Positions 9,228 through 31,730 of a DNA stretch of 64,000 nucleotides are shown here, one piece after another; position 1 is the stretch's first letter; each line of letters starts with the position of its first letter. Location: contig OZ218952.1 of NCBI GenBank assembly GCA_965112735.1, positions 3,224,001 to 3,288,000 on the forward strand, in the 5' to 3' direction. A program made the translations under genes and the position numbers. This stretch comes from Phaeosaccion multiseriatum. Taxonomy: Eukaryota > Protista > Ochrophyta, other classes. The notes beneath the pieces are model-generated. The model worked only from the letters and a program-made list of their open reading frames with translations, searched no databases and had not been told where the DNA came from.

Positions 9228-12200
9228 TCACTCCTCGAACACCCTGAGCGGGTGAGCCTCTGTGTTGAACACAAAGTGCCGAAGGTCGATGGGATGCCCG
9301 GGCTGCATGAGTAGGTACAGGTACTTGAGCGTCTCTCCAGGGAAGAAGGACTCCATGTGGTCGTCGGGAGAGCGGGCCGCATTCGTCACGTCGGGGTGAG
9401 AGCCGTAACCGACCCCCACCTGAGGAGGGCCAGGAGGAGAAGATAGAGGGAGAGAGGGGTGGAGAGGGGAGGGGGGAAGACAGAGAGGGGGGAGAAGGAA
9501 CAGCGGAGGGAGAGAGAGGGGGGGGGGGGGGAGATATGACAAAGAGAGAGGAGAGAGATGAAGGGAGAGAAATGCGAGAGAGAGGAAATGAGTGGGGGAG
9601 GAGAAGGAGAAGGTGGAGCAGGCGAGAGAGAGGAGGAGGAGGACACCCACCATACCAAAATACACTTACCCGACAGTTCTTCTCAATGGCGGCGAAGATG
9701 TCCCACCCCCACTCCCTGTAGATGGGGTCTCCGGTGAGCTGATGCAGGATGAATAGGCTCTCCACCGTCTCCTGATAGAGAGGAGAAGGAGAGAGAGGGG
9801 GGAGGAGAGGTATAGGGGGATAGGGAGAGGGGGATGTGGTCAGGCGAATACCAAACGACCGTTCGATACCGATTTCCTTCAACATCGATATCCATCTCCT
9901 TCATTATCGAGTGGTACGCCTCTACTTGCTCACTCACCGGCCGGAGCAGATAGTACCCGGCCTTGTTCTTGACCCGCATTCTATCGCTGTCGTGGCTGAA
10001 CTCGACCGTCTCTGGGGGGAGGCCGGTGGGCTGTTGGGCATACATCTGGTAGCATGTGTACGCCAGAGCTTTGCCTGTGCGCAGGTCGCGCGCGGCAGCT
10101 GAGAAGGGAAGGGACACACACACCACAGCACAGCATGGGATGGGCCACGCACACAGAGAGAAAGGAAAAAAGATAAGAGACGGAGAGTGAGAGGGAGATA
10201 GAGAGAGCACAGAGCATAGACAGAGAGCAGAGAGAGGGAGAGTACGAAAGTAGCGTCAGCTCAGACGCCCCCCTCCCTTGCATCCAAAATAGCACTTTAT
10301 AGGCAAACACGCACACACACGCACTCACACACGCACTCACACACACACGCAAGCACGCACACACACACGCACACGGGCACGCATACACGTACCCTTGGCT
10401 GCGTCACTCTCGGGCTTGCCTCCCTCTCCTCCGTTGAGGCCCTCCTCCCTCGCCGCTGTAGCCGCACCTAGCGCGAGGCTTCCCGCCACGAAGCAGGCAA
10501 GGTGGTCCATGCGGTGCTGGTGCTGCCGCCCGTTCCATTCAGACAGGTAGGTGAGGCCGCCGGACTGCGGGAGGGGAGGGAGGGAAGGGGGGGGGGGGTC
10601 AGGGAGGAAGGGAAGGGGAGCAGGGAGAGAGGGAGGGAGGGATGCAGGGAGGGGAATAATAATCTCCCTCTCTCTCTCCTCACCTGTTTGACGAGTATGT
10701 CGTCAACCCCGTCCATGGCTGTGTCGTACATGTCCCTGTATCGCGTCTCCGTCTTCCCCCCCTGGAGCCACACCTTCAACAGGTACTCGTAGAAAGAGTC
10801 GCCAAGAGCGCCGAATGTCACCTGCCATCCATTGCCATCCATCCGGGGAATACGTTGTTAGATTGTTATGTAAGGGTCGTTAGGAGGGGTCGTACGAACG
10901 GGAAGAGTTCGTCCTGACACCACCTACCCACCTGATTGCCCGAAAAGTCCCCGGTGTCGGGACTGATTCGGATGGGGTAGAGCCCGTGGGGCCGCTCGTG
11001 GCGGGACAGCAGCTCAAACACGTTATTCACCTGTCAGCAACAGATGACGCATCACAGAGCATATGGGCATGAGTGAGGCTGATGCTAGACAAGAGGCGGA
11101 CAGAGAGGCAGACAGAGGCGGGCACACAAGTGCTCGACTCAGGATATTGCCACCAGCAGCAGCACTTGGTGAAGCAACACCAGCAGGCAGCCTTCGAGCC
11201 TTGACGCAAGCAGTGCAGTACGTAGACTAGCATGGACTGCCTTTTACACTACCGTATAGTGCTGTAGACTGCCATAGACTGCCTTAGACTGCCATACACA
11301 CCTTGTCAGCGTACTTGGGGTCGCCCGTAGCCTGCGACAGGTAGCGGAACTCCACCTGTAAAACCGTATGGGGAAAAGGAGAGGAAGGGAGGGACGGAGG
11401 GAGGAGAGGGGGGGGGAGGAGGGAGAGAAAAGGATCAGGAGGGAAGGAGAGAGGCAAGAGAGAGAGAGACAAGAGACAAGAGGACGACGAGGAAGAGAGA
11501 GAGGGAGAGACAGAGAGACAGACAGAGAAGAGACCAGAGAGAGGGAGACAGATGGAAGAGAGGGCGTTGTGTGCTCTACCTGCAGAGTGCCGATCTCCGC
11601 CAGCACGGAGGTGGCTTTCTGCGAGCTGTGGCCGCTGCTCAAGTGCACCATCTTGTACGGGATACCTGGATGGCAGTGGATGGGCAGAGGATGGTAGTGG
11701 ATGGGAGCGGATGGTAGCGGATGGGGTTGAGGGAGGGAAGAGGAGAAGATGGGGATGAGGGGGGATGGGAGGGGAGGAACAACTGCTCTCACGTACAATA
11801 CACTCGCACAAAGCACACACGATATGACACGGCCTTCCTTCCTCCCTCCCTCCCTCCCTCAACCACACATTCACTCACTCACTCACTCACTCACTCACTC
11901 ACTCACTCACTCACTCACTCACTCACTCACTCACTCACTCACTCACTCACTCACTCACTCACTCACCTGTCTTGCTATCGAAGGCGGGCAGCAGTCGGTC
12001 GGCCAACTCAGTCGCCCGCTTGAGAAACACCTCGTCCCTGCTGAGGTCATAGGCGCTGAGCAGTCCCCCCAACATGCGGATGGTCGTCTCGAACACACTC
12101 ACATTCCCCGCCCTCTCAAAGCTGAGGTGATCCCTAACCCAGTCCCTCCCCTCATAGAAGTCGTCCTTGAGGCCCATGAGCCACAGCGTGTCCAGAGAGT

Positions 12201-14405
12201 CCACGAGGGTGACTCCCATGCCTCCCCAGTTGTCGTTGCCTCTCTTGCTGATGGGCTTGACTTCGTCGTGGCCCCAAGCGTGTGCCTCATAGCCCTATAA
12301 AGTAAGCGGGTATGGAGAGAGAGAGGGAGAAGAGTGGTATGTGGGTGTGGCGTAAGATGCATGATTGGTACAAACAGCAAACAAACAAGGAAGGACAGAC
12401 AGGCAGATACGGCGAGATACGTGTTCTGACATGCATAGGCGTTGTGCATGCTGTAACAACTTCAACACGACAGAACACAGAACACAACAAACACACACCC
12501 CCCCTCCCGCCCATCCACCATCACCCCCCCCATCTTCTCACCTCCCACAACCGCATCATGGCTCCCTTAACGGCGCGCGCCCTCTCTCTGCCAAGCTGAT
12601 CGCTCTCTGCCCTCATCTCGTCGGTCAGCTCTCTGCTGTGTGTGCCCCTTTTGACCTGCCCCAAGTCGAGCCCCCCCATGCCCAAGTTGCCCCGCTGCCT
12701 CAGTCCCGCCTCCCTGGCAGCCTCGAGCACACCCTCCCACTCCACGCCCTCGTCCAGAGTCCCGTCAATGTAGACCGCCTCTCCTGACGAAGGACGAGGG
12801 ACCGGAAAGCCAAACCCCGCTTCGCCTCCTCCTCCCCATCCACTGCCATCTTCTTCTCCTCTTCCTCCTCCTCCCGGCTCTGCTGCTGTGTGTCTCAGCA
12901 TGGCCAAGAATCCCTGTGTCCCTTCCGTGTCCAGCACGGCAGCGGCGGCATCTACCTCCTTCATCATCCTCTCCCTCTCCTCCACCTCTCTGCTGTGGTG
13001 CGGGTGGTTCGGGTTGGGATGTCGGAGGGGGGGGGGCTCGCGGCGATTGCTGCCGCGATTCCTCGGCTTGCTGGCCGCTGGCTCTGGCTCCGCTCCTCCT
13101 CCTGTTGTGCCTTGCTGCTGCTCGTGACACACGTGTAAAAAGAGGCACACATACGACGAGAGGAGGGAGGGGGGAAGCAAGTACGAGTTGGGGGAGTGTG
13201 CACGCAAAGCCATATACACCCAAGGGCAGATAGATCATTTGGGGAGGAGGGACGGGCGGGGGGGAGGACGGTGCGCCTCTCATCTCATGGGGCCACTTTA
13301 CCTGATGCTGCTTGGGGTCTTTCTGTTGGGGCTCAGCCTTGGCAGCCCCTTTGTACACGCTCTTCCACTCATTCCCGGGGGGAGGCATTCCCTTGACCTG
13401 CGGGCAGATGGCAGCAAAATGGAGTGAGTACAGGGGAAGCAAGCAGGAAGCAGCCCAGCCCCAAGCAACAGCGCAACCCCCCCTCCCCCTAACGCTGACA
13501 CAGGTGTCATCGCCCCTCCCGTCTGTCGTGGTGATGGGGCAATACATTCGGTTCGTGGTCAATAAACCAACAAGAGACCCCCCCCCCTGCCTGCCTACCT
13601 GCGAGAGGAGCCTGCGGAACCCTTTGAAGGACACGTGCTCGAATAGGTCCGCGTACTCCACTTGCAGACTCTCGTACCTGCACGCAGACCAAAGTAGAGG
13701 AGTTCGTGATACAGAGCAGAGCAAACGGGACGAGAGCAGAGGAGGACAGAGGCGGTGTTTTAGGGGCAGGGGGTGTTGAGACCGAAGCGCAGGCACACTC
13801 AGGGGCAACCGGGTTGACACAAAGGCGACCCCCAGCCGGATATGACTCTCCACCCAGCTGTCCTCTCTCTGTGGCCTCACACAGCTTTGACATCCGCCGA
13901 CTGACCTGCCCCTCTCGCTGGCCCCCTCCTTCCTCTTCAAGTGCTGGGCGATGGCCTCCTTCCGGGCCATTCGAGAGTCGTACTCCCCTCCTTCCAGGGC
14001 AGCCGACAGGTGACTGAACGCTGTCGTCTCCGTGTTCTCCTCGCCAGCCTCCTCCGACATGGAGGAAGAAGCAGCAGCGCCTCCTCCAACCAATCCCTCA
14101 TCCCCTCCACCGCACGAAACGTCCGTAGGACAGCCATTGCCGTCCCCCTCCGCGCAGACGCCACAGCTGGCATTACAGCACTGCATGCCCGCTGCCTTTA
14201 CGGTACCCTCTCCTTCCCCAGTCAACCCGGCCAGCACGTCCACCGGAGCGGTAACGGAGGCAGCCGCGGCGGCAACAAGAGTAGCGTCTGCCACTACAGC
14301 GCTCGAGTTCGCCAGGCCAGCCCATCCAAGTGTGGTGAGAAGCACCACCACACATGTGTATGTATGTGTGCGGTTGCCGCTCGCATTCACCCTGGCGGGG
14401 CGCAT
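9228..14405 (-). CDS. Glycoside hydrolase family 47 mannosyl-oligosaccharide alpha-1,2-mannosidase (class I), about 13 exons
   Basis: Spliced motifs GYEAHAWGHDEVKP, GVTLVDSLDTLWLMG, SVFETTIRMLGGLLSAY, LAEIGTLQVEFRYLS, GALGDSFYEYLLK, MDHLACF, YYLLRPETVESLF, HMESFFPGETLKYLYLL and FNTEAHPL. All junctions are GT-AG and in frame. N-terminal hydrophobic anchor (VVVLLTTLGWAGLA) plus a long stem. The start codon is less certain. Confidence 0.92.
11871..11966 (-). repeat. (GTGA)n array beginning exactly at a 5' splice site of the GH47 gene
   Basis: Sense strand reads ACAG|GTGAGTGAGTGAGT... for about 24 units. Confidence 0.93.
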
Positions 14406-15225
14406 CCTCTCAAAGTGCTGCTCGGCAGTCGCCTCCTCGCCCTCCGCCCTCCCCCCTCTTCCTCTCCTGCAATCCGAGAAGGAAGGGCGGGGCAGGAGTG
14501 GAACTAGGAAAAAGATGAAGGAGTGGCCATGCTTTTCTTGAAGGGGGGCCCGTTACTGTATACCGGAGGCAGCTTCTGCCAGAGCTTCGTTTTTCTCTCC
14601 CTCTGCCGCGACCACGCTTCTCTCTGCTACAGCCCGTGGACAAGATTTCCAAGTAGCATATAGTCCCTAGTCAGTGTCAGCAAGAGGGGGGATGGGGAGG
14701 AGAGGGCAGAAGAAGAAGGGGAAGGGGGGATTGGAGGGGGGGAAGAAGTTTTCACAACAGTTTCCAATTCCAATTTGGCTCTGACAGTTTCATTATTTCT
14801 TGTAACTGTAATTCGTGGGTTTGTAGTCATCGTGGGTTTGTAGTCATCGAGACGACAGCCGTTTTAACAAGAGTGAGATACCAATGGAAGAGAAACACTT
14901 AACCCCTAGCTGATGGATGGGACAGAGGAATAGACTTCAGTCCTAGCAGTAGCAGCAGCAGCAGCAGCAAGGGGGAGCGGCAAAGGCACGAGAACGTGGG
15001 ATAGAAGGCGCGCGACAGGGAAAAGCGCTTCCCAACCGACCGTAGCCGAGAAGAGGGCTGACTTTAACTCTTCCACCGTCCATCGCTTCGGCGGTTAGCA
15101 TCCCTCGCCAGTAGGAAGAACGCCCTTGGGCAAGGAGTGGCGAGGGCGTTTCATCCTCTCGGCACAGTGCGAGCGCCCAACGCGGCTCCACCTGTCCGCT
15201 GAGGGCAGTGCGGCACTAAAGGACC

Positions 15226-24307
<9,082 letters not shown>

Positions 24308-25523
24308 GCGGCGAGTGAATCAAGCCCCCTGCCAGAGGAGAGGGGCGAGTGGAGCAAAGCAAGTCAGGGAGGGGCGCCCACCATCGGGTGCCATCCCGCC
24401 AACCACCAACCCTTTCCCTGATGCGGGGGGATTGTGTGTGGGTCTGTACGTTTTATCCTCAAAGAAGGGAGGAAGGAAGGAAGAGTACTTTCTATGTGCT
24501 GTATGTCAACCTATCTGTTTTTATTTGTGCTCTACTGTAAGCTATGCTTCTTTTATGTAATCTGTCTTTTTGGAAGAACAGTATGTATGTGCGAAAAATT
24601 ACTTCAGCGGGGGAGGGAAGGGCGGGGAGGGGAGGGAATGGAGAGAGAAGGAAAGCGGGTGCTGTTTACCACTTGCGATGGCTTGGGAAGACATAAGAAT
24701 TAGGACAGGAGGGGAGGGAAGGGGCCGGTCCCTGCCCCTGAGACAGAGGAGGGTGTTGGTGCGTGGGCGCGTGCGAGGGTCCAATGGTATGCATACCGCA
24801 CATACCATAGGGCCTATTTTTGACACTTGGCGTGAGGTGACGTGAGGTGACGTGAGGTGAGGTGAGGTTAGGTGAGGTGATGTGATGTGATGTGGTGTGG
24901 TGTGATGTGGTGTGGTGTGATGTTCGATGATGTGGTGCGGTGTGGTGTGGGAGAATGGGAGAAGGGAAGGAGGAGATGAGGGGAGGAGCCTGCATGTAGG
25001 AGGGCCGCCGGGCAGACGGGCGGATCGCAATAGTATAGCTAGAGCCGCCTGCTTCTCGCCGTACGCACGGGATTTTCGGCATTGTGCCTCTCTGCGCCTG
25101 CATGTGCCGTAATAAGACCAGCTGCTAGCAGACTATAGTACGGTCTGATCGCGCTTGTAAAATTGAAATAAGGAGGACTTTTCGAGACTCTGTTATGTGC
25201 TACTCACGCTCACTGCCCTCACGGGGAGGAGGAGGGGGTTTTCTGCATTGCAAGCACAGCAAAGGAGAGTCCCAACGCCGTGCGCGCAAGTGTTGACGGT
25301 GGTGCTACGTGCTTTACTCCTTCACACTCACGGCCTCGGCCACGCAAGCGAGCGGGTAAGCCAGCAAGCAGCAAGCAGCAAGCAAGACAGTGTTTGACCA
25401 ACCAGCGTCACACGTTCAGTTCAAAGTTTCCATTCATTCACCTCCGAGGGTTGAATATCGAGCATGCATGTCAATCAAGATATCGACATCGACTCGCTTC
25501 ACTCAGTCACTGAGTCACTCGCC

Positions 25524-28500
25524 TCAGTTGCTCAACTCAGTCTCCCCTCCACCCCTCCGGCGCCAGAGCCGCAATAGTTCTCTCTATGATGCTGGCCATC
25601 ATCGCCTCGTCCTCACGCGGCATTTCATCCTCCCTCAGCGCTTGCACGGCAGAGAGCGCGTTCGCCGCACTCACAAGGCGGTGCCCGGATTCTGTGAGCG
25701 CGTGCGTACGTGCGTGCGTGCGTGCGTGCGTGCATGTGTATGCATGTGTGCATGAGAGAGAAGGGGGGCGGGGTCCTAGGTGTCAGGAGTACAATGTGTG
25801 AGAGCTACCGTAATGGGTGTCAGGAGCAACCCTCCCTCTCTCTGAGAGGGCAGCAGCACCCATCATCCACTGCCATCCATCCAGTGCCCTCCCCCCCCCC
25901 CGTATCCGTACCGTTGCGGAAGACCATGTTGTATAGTGCGTAGCAGCAGGCCTGCACCACAGCGAGGTCGTCATGCATGAAGTCGACGCAGTGTACAATG
26001 CCCTCCACCAGCTCTTCCGCGATGTACGTCCTGCTTTTCTCTGGGGGGGGGGGGGGAGGAGGGGGAAGAGGAAGGAGGAGGAGGAGGAGGAGGAGGAGGA
26101 GGAGGAGGAGGAGGAGAAGCAGGAGCAGGCGGGAAGAGAGATAGTGAGGGGGGAGGAGCGAGAGAGAGAGAGAGGGGATGGGATGAAAGAGCGAGCGCGA
26201 GAGGCATCGCCAGAGAGAAACAGCAGAGAGAGGGCGACATGGATAAAGAGAGAGAGAGAGAGCGAGAGAGAGAGAGAGAGAGAGAGAGGCTCCTCACCGT
26301 CCATGGCCATGTTTGAGATGGCCCTACAGAGGAAGTACGCGGCTTGCAGACTTAGGGGGGTGGGAACAGTGCGCTCGTAGGTCTGCTCCTCGCCCCTCGC
26401 ATCCACCTCCACCACCTTCGTGTCAGGACAGTGAGAGGTGTCAGGACAGTGAGAGGTGTCAGGACAGGGAGAGGTGTCAGGACAGTGAGAGAGCGTGTCA
26501 GGACAGTGAGAGGTGTCAGGACAGTGAGGGCGTGTCAGGACAGTGAGAGGTGTCAGGACAGTGAGAGGTGTCAGGACAGTGAGCGTATGAGGTATACGGG
26601 ATAGGGTAGGGTATAGGAAACAGGGTAAAGGAAAAAGGACATAGTGAGAGAGGGTATAGGACATCAGGGTATAGGACATGGGGTATAGGAAACAGGGTAT
26701 AGGACATAGCGTATAGGACATAGGATATATAGGACATGGGGTATAGGACATCAGGGTGTAGGACATAGGGCTTAAGGAAGAGTGCATAGGACATAGGGTA
26801 TAGGACATGGGGTATAGGACATCAGGATATAGGACATAGGGTAAGGGGGATGTTTTCAACTCTTTGCTATCAAGATATATTACGTAAACCAACGAGATGG
26901 TGAAGTACAGAGGATAGGGTATACAAGAGAAAGTACATGATAGGGGGTATGCGGCACTGGGTATACACGGTATCGGGCGTACGGTAGTGGGTATGCGGCA
27001 ATGGGTATACATGGTATAGGGCATGCGGTATCGGACACACCTCTTGCGTCTCCGTCTTGAGGTGCTCGAAGCTGTCGAGGAAGGCGTCCGCCCAATTTTC
27101 ATCCTCGCACAGGAACTGCCTGTTGCAGTACTCGTCCGTCAGGGCACACAACGCGCTCAGCTGGCCATAGGGAGGAGAGCAGAAGGCGGGGAGGGAGGGA
27201 GGGAGGGACTCAATTCAACTCAGCTCAACTCAACTCACGACAGAATCGAATCGTCGAATCGAATTGACATGTTTAAACTCGAAGTCGAAGTCACTCACCG
27301 CCTCGACTTGTATCCACTCCACGTCCCTGTGCTCGTTGAGCAGGAAGATTGCCTTTTCGAAGTAAGCCTTGGCGCCCTCCCCGGCCCTCCCCGCCTCGTC
27401 CTCTTCGCACACCGTCTTGGCCATGCACTGCAGCCCCACACCTTGCAATCGGAGGTCCTGGCGGGGGGGGGTGGGGACAAGAGGATCGAAGAGGAGGGGG
27501 TGAAGGTGACGGGGCCCTCCTTTCCACTTCTTCCACTGCCATCCTCGGCTGCCCTGTTCTGTCCGCCCCGTGCCAGCCCACCATAACCCACAAAGCCCCT
27601 TGCCCTCATCTTGTTGTCTCTCCCCCCTTTGTCTCATCTCAGCCGTCTGTGCTGTATTCACAGATGGCATATACACATATAACATACGCGCACCTTGGAG
27701 TATGTGTTCATGACTTGGATGACGGCGAGGGGGCCGCGATGAAAGGCGTTTCGGATGAGGAAGTACGGGTCCACGATGGCGTCTCGGTCACGCAGACCTG
27801 CAGGCGGACAGGCACGTCACATAACATATGTACGTAAGTGGAACATAACTTCACATAACATCGGAGTGCTCTCTGTGGCCACAGCTCCACGAGCACAACA
27901 TTCCTCTGCCGCCTCACTCCCCTCCCTCTCTCCCTCTCTCCCTCTCCCGTTCCCCTTCCCTCCCCCCCTCCCGTCTCCTCTCCCCCTCTCCCTCCCTCCC
28001 CCTCTCCCTGTTCCTCCCCCCCCCCCTTCCTGTCCCCCTCCCCCCCCCCCTCTCTCCCCGTCTCGCACTGACCGTCTCTGAGGAGGATGTGGGAGCCGAG
28101 GGCTGCATATTTGTATTTGTCGTCTGCGGGCCCCATAAACGGCTGTGGAGTCCAGAGAACAGAAGGAAAGGGGGGGGGCAGTAAGGAAGGCAGAAGGAGT
28201 CCAGAAAAGAGGGGAAGGGGGGCAGTAAGGAAGGCGGGACGGGGAGTGAGGTGCACTCTGCTGTGCTGTGAGTGATCTTGCGAGTGTATTCCTTCCTTCA
28301 AGCTGCCGGGCGGTTGGACCGCAGGGGAGGGAAGATGGAGAAAAGTGTGGGGTCAGTGATGGGTTGCTAGGAGGGAGGGGGGGGTAGAAGTATCCTCCCA
28401 CCCACCCACGCACGCACGCACCCACTCACCCACCCATGCACCCACCTACCCATGCACCCACCTACCCATCCACACACACGCACACACGCACACACGCACC

Positions 28501-31240
28501 CACCTGTGTATGGTAGTGCTTCTTTGGCACGAGGAAGACGTTGGTGAGAGCAGTTTCAAGGTGCGCTCCGGGGCCCTGCCGCCGGACAAACGGGCCTTCG
28601 CAGAAACACTGCAAACAAACAGATGGCAGTAGATGGGTGATGGGTGGATGGCGGGACAGACCATTAGATGGATAGATACATGGGTGATGGGTAGGAAGGG
28701 AGGGGGGGGGAGGTTAGCGAGAAATACTTGATGCGTGAGTGAGTAAAGCAAGCAAGGAAGATAAGGGCCTTCCATGACACGAGGGGCTGGCTGACTTGCC
28801 TGCTCCTCCCAGTATCGGTGCTTCTTGTGCCGCTCTTTCTTGGCGAAGTCCCACGATCGCGAGTCAGAGGCGAGAGACTACGGCCAGGCCAAGGCAGTTG
28901 GTGATACAGGACAGGGCAGAGCAGGCCAGGGCAGTTGGTGATACAGGACAGGGCAGAGCAGGCCAGGGCAGTTGGTGATTCAGAGCAGAGGCAAGAGTAG
29001 GGTAGGTAGCGAGGTAAGCAGCAAACAGCAAGAGCTTCTGTTTGCAAGTTGGGTGTAGCTTGTTTGCCCAAGCAGTCGGAGGACAGTGTCGAGACACATA
29101 CGAACACACGCCTCCCGCCCTCTTTGGTAAACACACTCCCTCCCTCCCTCCCTCCCTCCCTCCCTCCCTCCCTCCCTCCCTCCCTCCCTCCCTCCCTCCC
29201 TCCCTCCCTCCCTCCCTCCCTCCCTCCCTCCCTCCCTCCCTCCCTCCCTCCCTCCCTCCCTCCCTCCCTCCCTCCCTCCCTCCCTCCCTCCCTCCCTCCC
29301 TCCCTCCCTCCCTCCCTCCCTCCCTCCCTCCCTCCCTCCCTCACTCACTCACTCACTCACTCACTGACTCACTCACACTATGCTCCACCGGCTTGGGCGC
29401 AATGGCCTCGAGCATCGCCTTGACCCGCTCCCCCAGCACGGCCTTCGCCCCCCTATCAGCTTCGCGTACCCACAGGTCGGCGAGACGCATCCCCACGGGC
29501 TTCTGAAAGGTGTAGACCGGCGGCTGCTGCAGTGCTTCGTCGGACCGCGAGGGCTGCGAGAACTGATACACGCCAGCCACTGGATCCCACACCTTGTCGC
29601 ACAGCCGCACCATCGCATGCCCCACGGCCCAGCGCACCAGACAGCCGCGAGCGTAGGACTGGATGATCGTTGCTCCAAGCCACCTAGGGGGAAAGAGGGA
29701 GAGAAAGAACAGGAGGAAGAGAAGGAGGGGAAGAGAGAGAGAGGGGGAGTGAGAGGATGAGGAAGAGAGAGAGTGAAAGAGAGAAAGAAAGAGACCGGTG
29801 GAAAAAAAGGAGAAAGAGGGGAAGGGGGAGAGAGAGAGAGGGGAAGAGAGAGTGAAAGAGAACGGTAGATAAAGGATAAAAAAGACACAAGAGGCAAAGA
29901 GAAGTCGAGAAAGAAACCGGTGCACAAAGTGAGAGCGGCGGTTACAGGGAGGGAGGTGACCGAATTCCGAAGAGAGAGGGCAATGCAACTGAAGCAGACT
30001 CGCTCCTACAATGAATCTCGCCCCTCCCCCTCTCCCTCCCGCCCTGCTTGGCCATCATCTCTCTTTCGCCACTCACTAACCTCGCTTGGAACGGGTTCCC
30101 CTCACACACGTCCACAAGGTCTCTGAGGCGCTTCCTCCTGGCCTTTCCCATCCTGCGCTGCTCCAGCATGATCCGCACCACCTCGTCGTCCTCGCGAAAC
30201 TTGTCGTCGCCTTTCGCCTCCTCCTCCGCCTTCTTCTCCTCCTGCATCTTTTCCCGCCTGCCCTCCTTGGGACTCGCTCCTCCCGTTTTGCTGCCCGAAG
30301 AGGTCCCTGTCCCCGTGCCTCTCCCCCAATCAATATCCTTCCTATTCTTCCTCTCGCCCTTCGCATCCTCCTCCCCCTCCCCCTCCCCCTCCCCCTCCCC
30401 CTCCGCCTCCCTCCTCTCCCTCTCCTCGTCCTCCTTGTCCATTGCCCACTCCTCTGCCCGCAGGTCCATCACCTCCATCGGGACCTTGCGGGTGGGCTTT
30501 TGCCAGTACGAGTAGCGACGATTGGCCCGAGTGGCCGTGAGCTTCGTGCTCGTCGGTGAGACTGCGCCTCTTTTCTTCGACCTCTGCTTCTGTGGTCGTT
30601 GTTTCGTTAGCGAACCCGTTTGTGAGGGGAGGGAGGGAGGGTGTGTGGACGAATGACCCAGGCAAAAGAAAAAGCGAGAGACACATTTGGGCCGGCTTTG
30701 TTAGTCCTTCGGTCGGAGAAAGCCTGGCCATTATATGCCAGCCATTGCGGCGACATTGATGCCCTCCTTTCTCTCTCCACTACTTGCGCCTCACTCTCTC
30801 CCCACCCGAAACCCTTTCCGCGCCCTCTTCGCACTCTGGCTGACCTGCGGGGCAGGATCGGGTAGTGAAGACGCATAAATAGTCTCTCCAGTGTAGGGGT
30901 TGAACAGGTACTTGCCCGCCAATGCATCGCGCTTTCGTTTGAACCACTCCTGTCGGAAGGGCAAGGCAACAGAAGTCTCAGTGACGGGAGCCGCCCTAAC
31001 TTCAAGAGGCGGGAGGCGGCTCGTGAAAGGCCTGCCCTCAGGTAAAATCTCCAGGGTCAGCCTAGAGCGCCTCCCCACAGTAGCTGAAGGAGCCAGGAGG
31101 CAGAAACAACAAAATAAAGGAGATTCACCGAGCGAGCGACACACTCTAAATTTGTTTCCCAGCTCTTGTCGTGATGCTCTTCCCCAATTCGCCGCATGAC
31201 TACTCACCGGCCCCTGCCGTGTCCACGACAAAACATCCAT
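25524..31240 (-). CDS. Uncharacterised protein with an N-terminal WW-like segment, an IQ motif and C-terminal armadillo-like helical repeats, about 13 exons
   Basis: Frame-consistent splicing from MDVLSWTRQGP|EWFKRKRDALAGKYLFNPYTGETIY (WW-like), through the IQ motif ATIIQSYARGCLVR and ARM-like LQAAYFLCRAISNMA and VVQACCYALYNM, to TGA at 25524. One GC-AG intron (28799-28609). Confidence 0.68.
26420..27030. repeat. Intronic minisatellites: 18-bp (gtgtcaggacagtgagag)n and ~14-bp (ggtataggacatag)n
   Basis: Direct reading. Together they fill nearly the whole intron. Confidence 0.9.
28894..28990. repeat. 37-bp tandem repeat (about 2.6 copies), each copy carrying CAGTTGGTGAT(A/T)CAG
   Basis: Motif starts at 28895, 28932 and 28969. 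Confidence 0.9.
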
Positions 31241-31389
31241 TGTACATGCATCCAGCAACAGCACCAAAGCACGATCCCAAAAGAGAGGAAGATCGCATAG
31301 CGAAAGACACACGTGTTGGAAAATCAGAAAGCCAGCTGTGAGCGAAACCGCCACACTTCCAATTTCAGTTGATAAGGGATTAAAAAAAC

Positions 31390-31576
31390 TTCGTGAGCGG
31401 GACCATCTCGTGCCTTGACTCACTTACTTACCAACATGCCATCCTTCTTGTGCGAGCCGCAGGCGACCGTGCGACTCGTGCGAGGTCGCCTGCGGCTCGC
31501 ACAAGGAGGATGGCATGTTGGTAAGTAAGTAAGTGAGTGAGTCAAGGCACGAGATGGTCCCTCCCTCCCTCACGAA
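31390..31576. repeat. Long near-perfect inverted repeat (~185 bp palindrome); MITE or hairpin-RNA candidate
   Basis: gggaccatctcgtgccttgactcacttacttaccaacatgccatccttcttgtgcgagccgcaggcgacc / 15-nt loop / ggtcgcctgcggctcgcacaaggaggatggcatgttggtaagtaagtaagtgagtgagtcaaggcacgagatggtccc. Confidence 0.9.
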
Positions 31577-31730
31577 CAAAATCCTATCTCCTACCGTCAA
31601 TCAACAATACTAGCTGGACTATCCCCAATCTATCTACTAATCTCAACGTTTCGCTCTCCGTCCGATCCTGAGCGCACCCTCCCTAGTCGAGCCTGATCAT
31701 TCAGGCTGCGTCTGCACTGAGTCCATTGAG

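Noticed and set aside
13700-13720. Resemblance of the dispersed motif's GATACAG(AG) to the U6 snRNA ACAGAGA region
   Set aside because: Only a 7-9 nt match, no other U6 sequence, and the motif occurs in both orientations. Not an RNA gene.
25783-27102. 439-aa minus-strand ORF with YPMSYTL and HCPDTS repeats
   Set aside because: Mostly read-through of intronic minisatellites. Only short internal parts are real exons.
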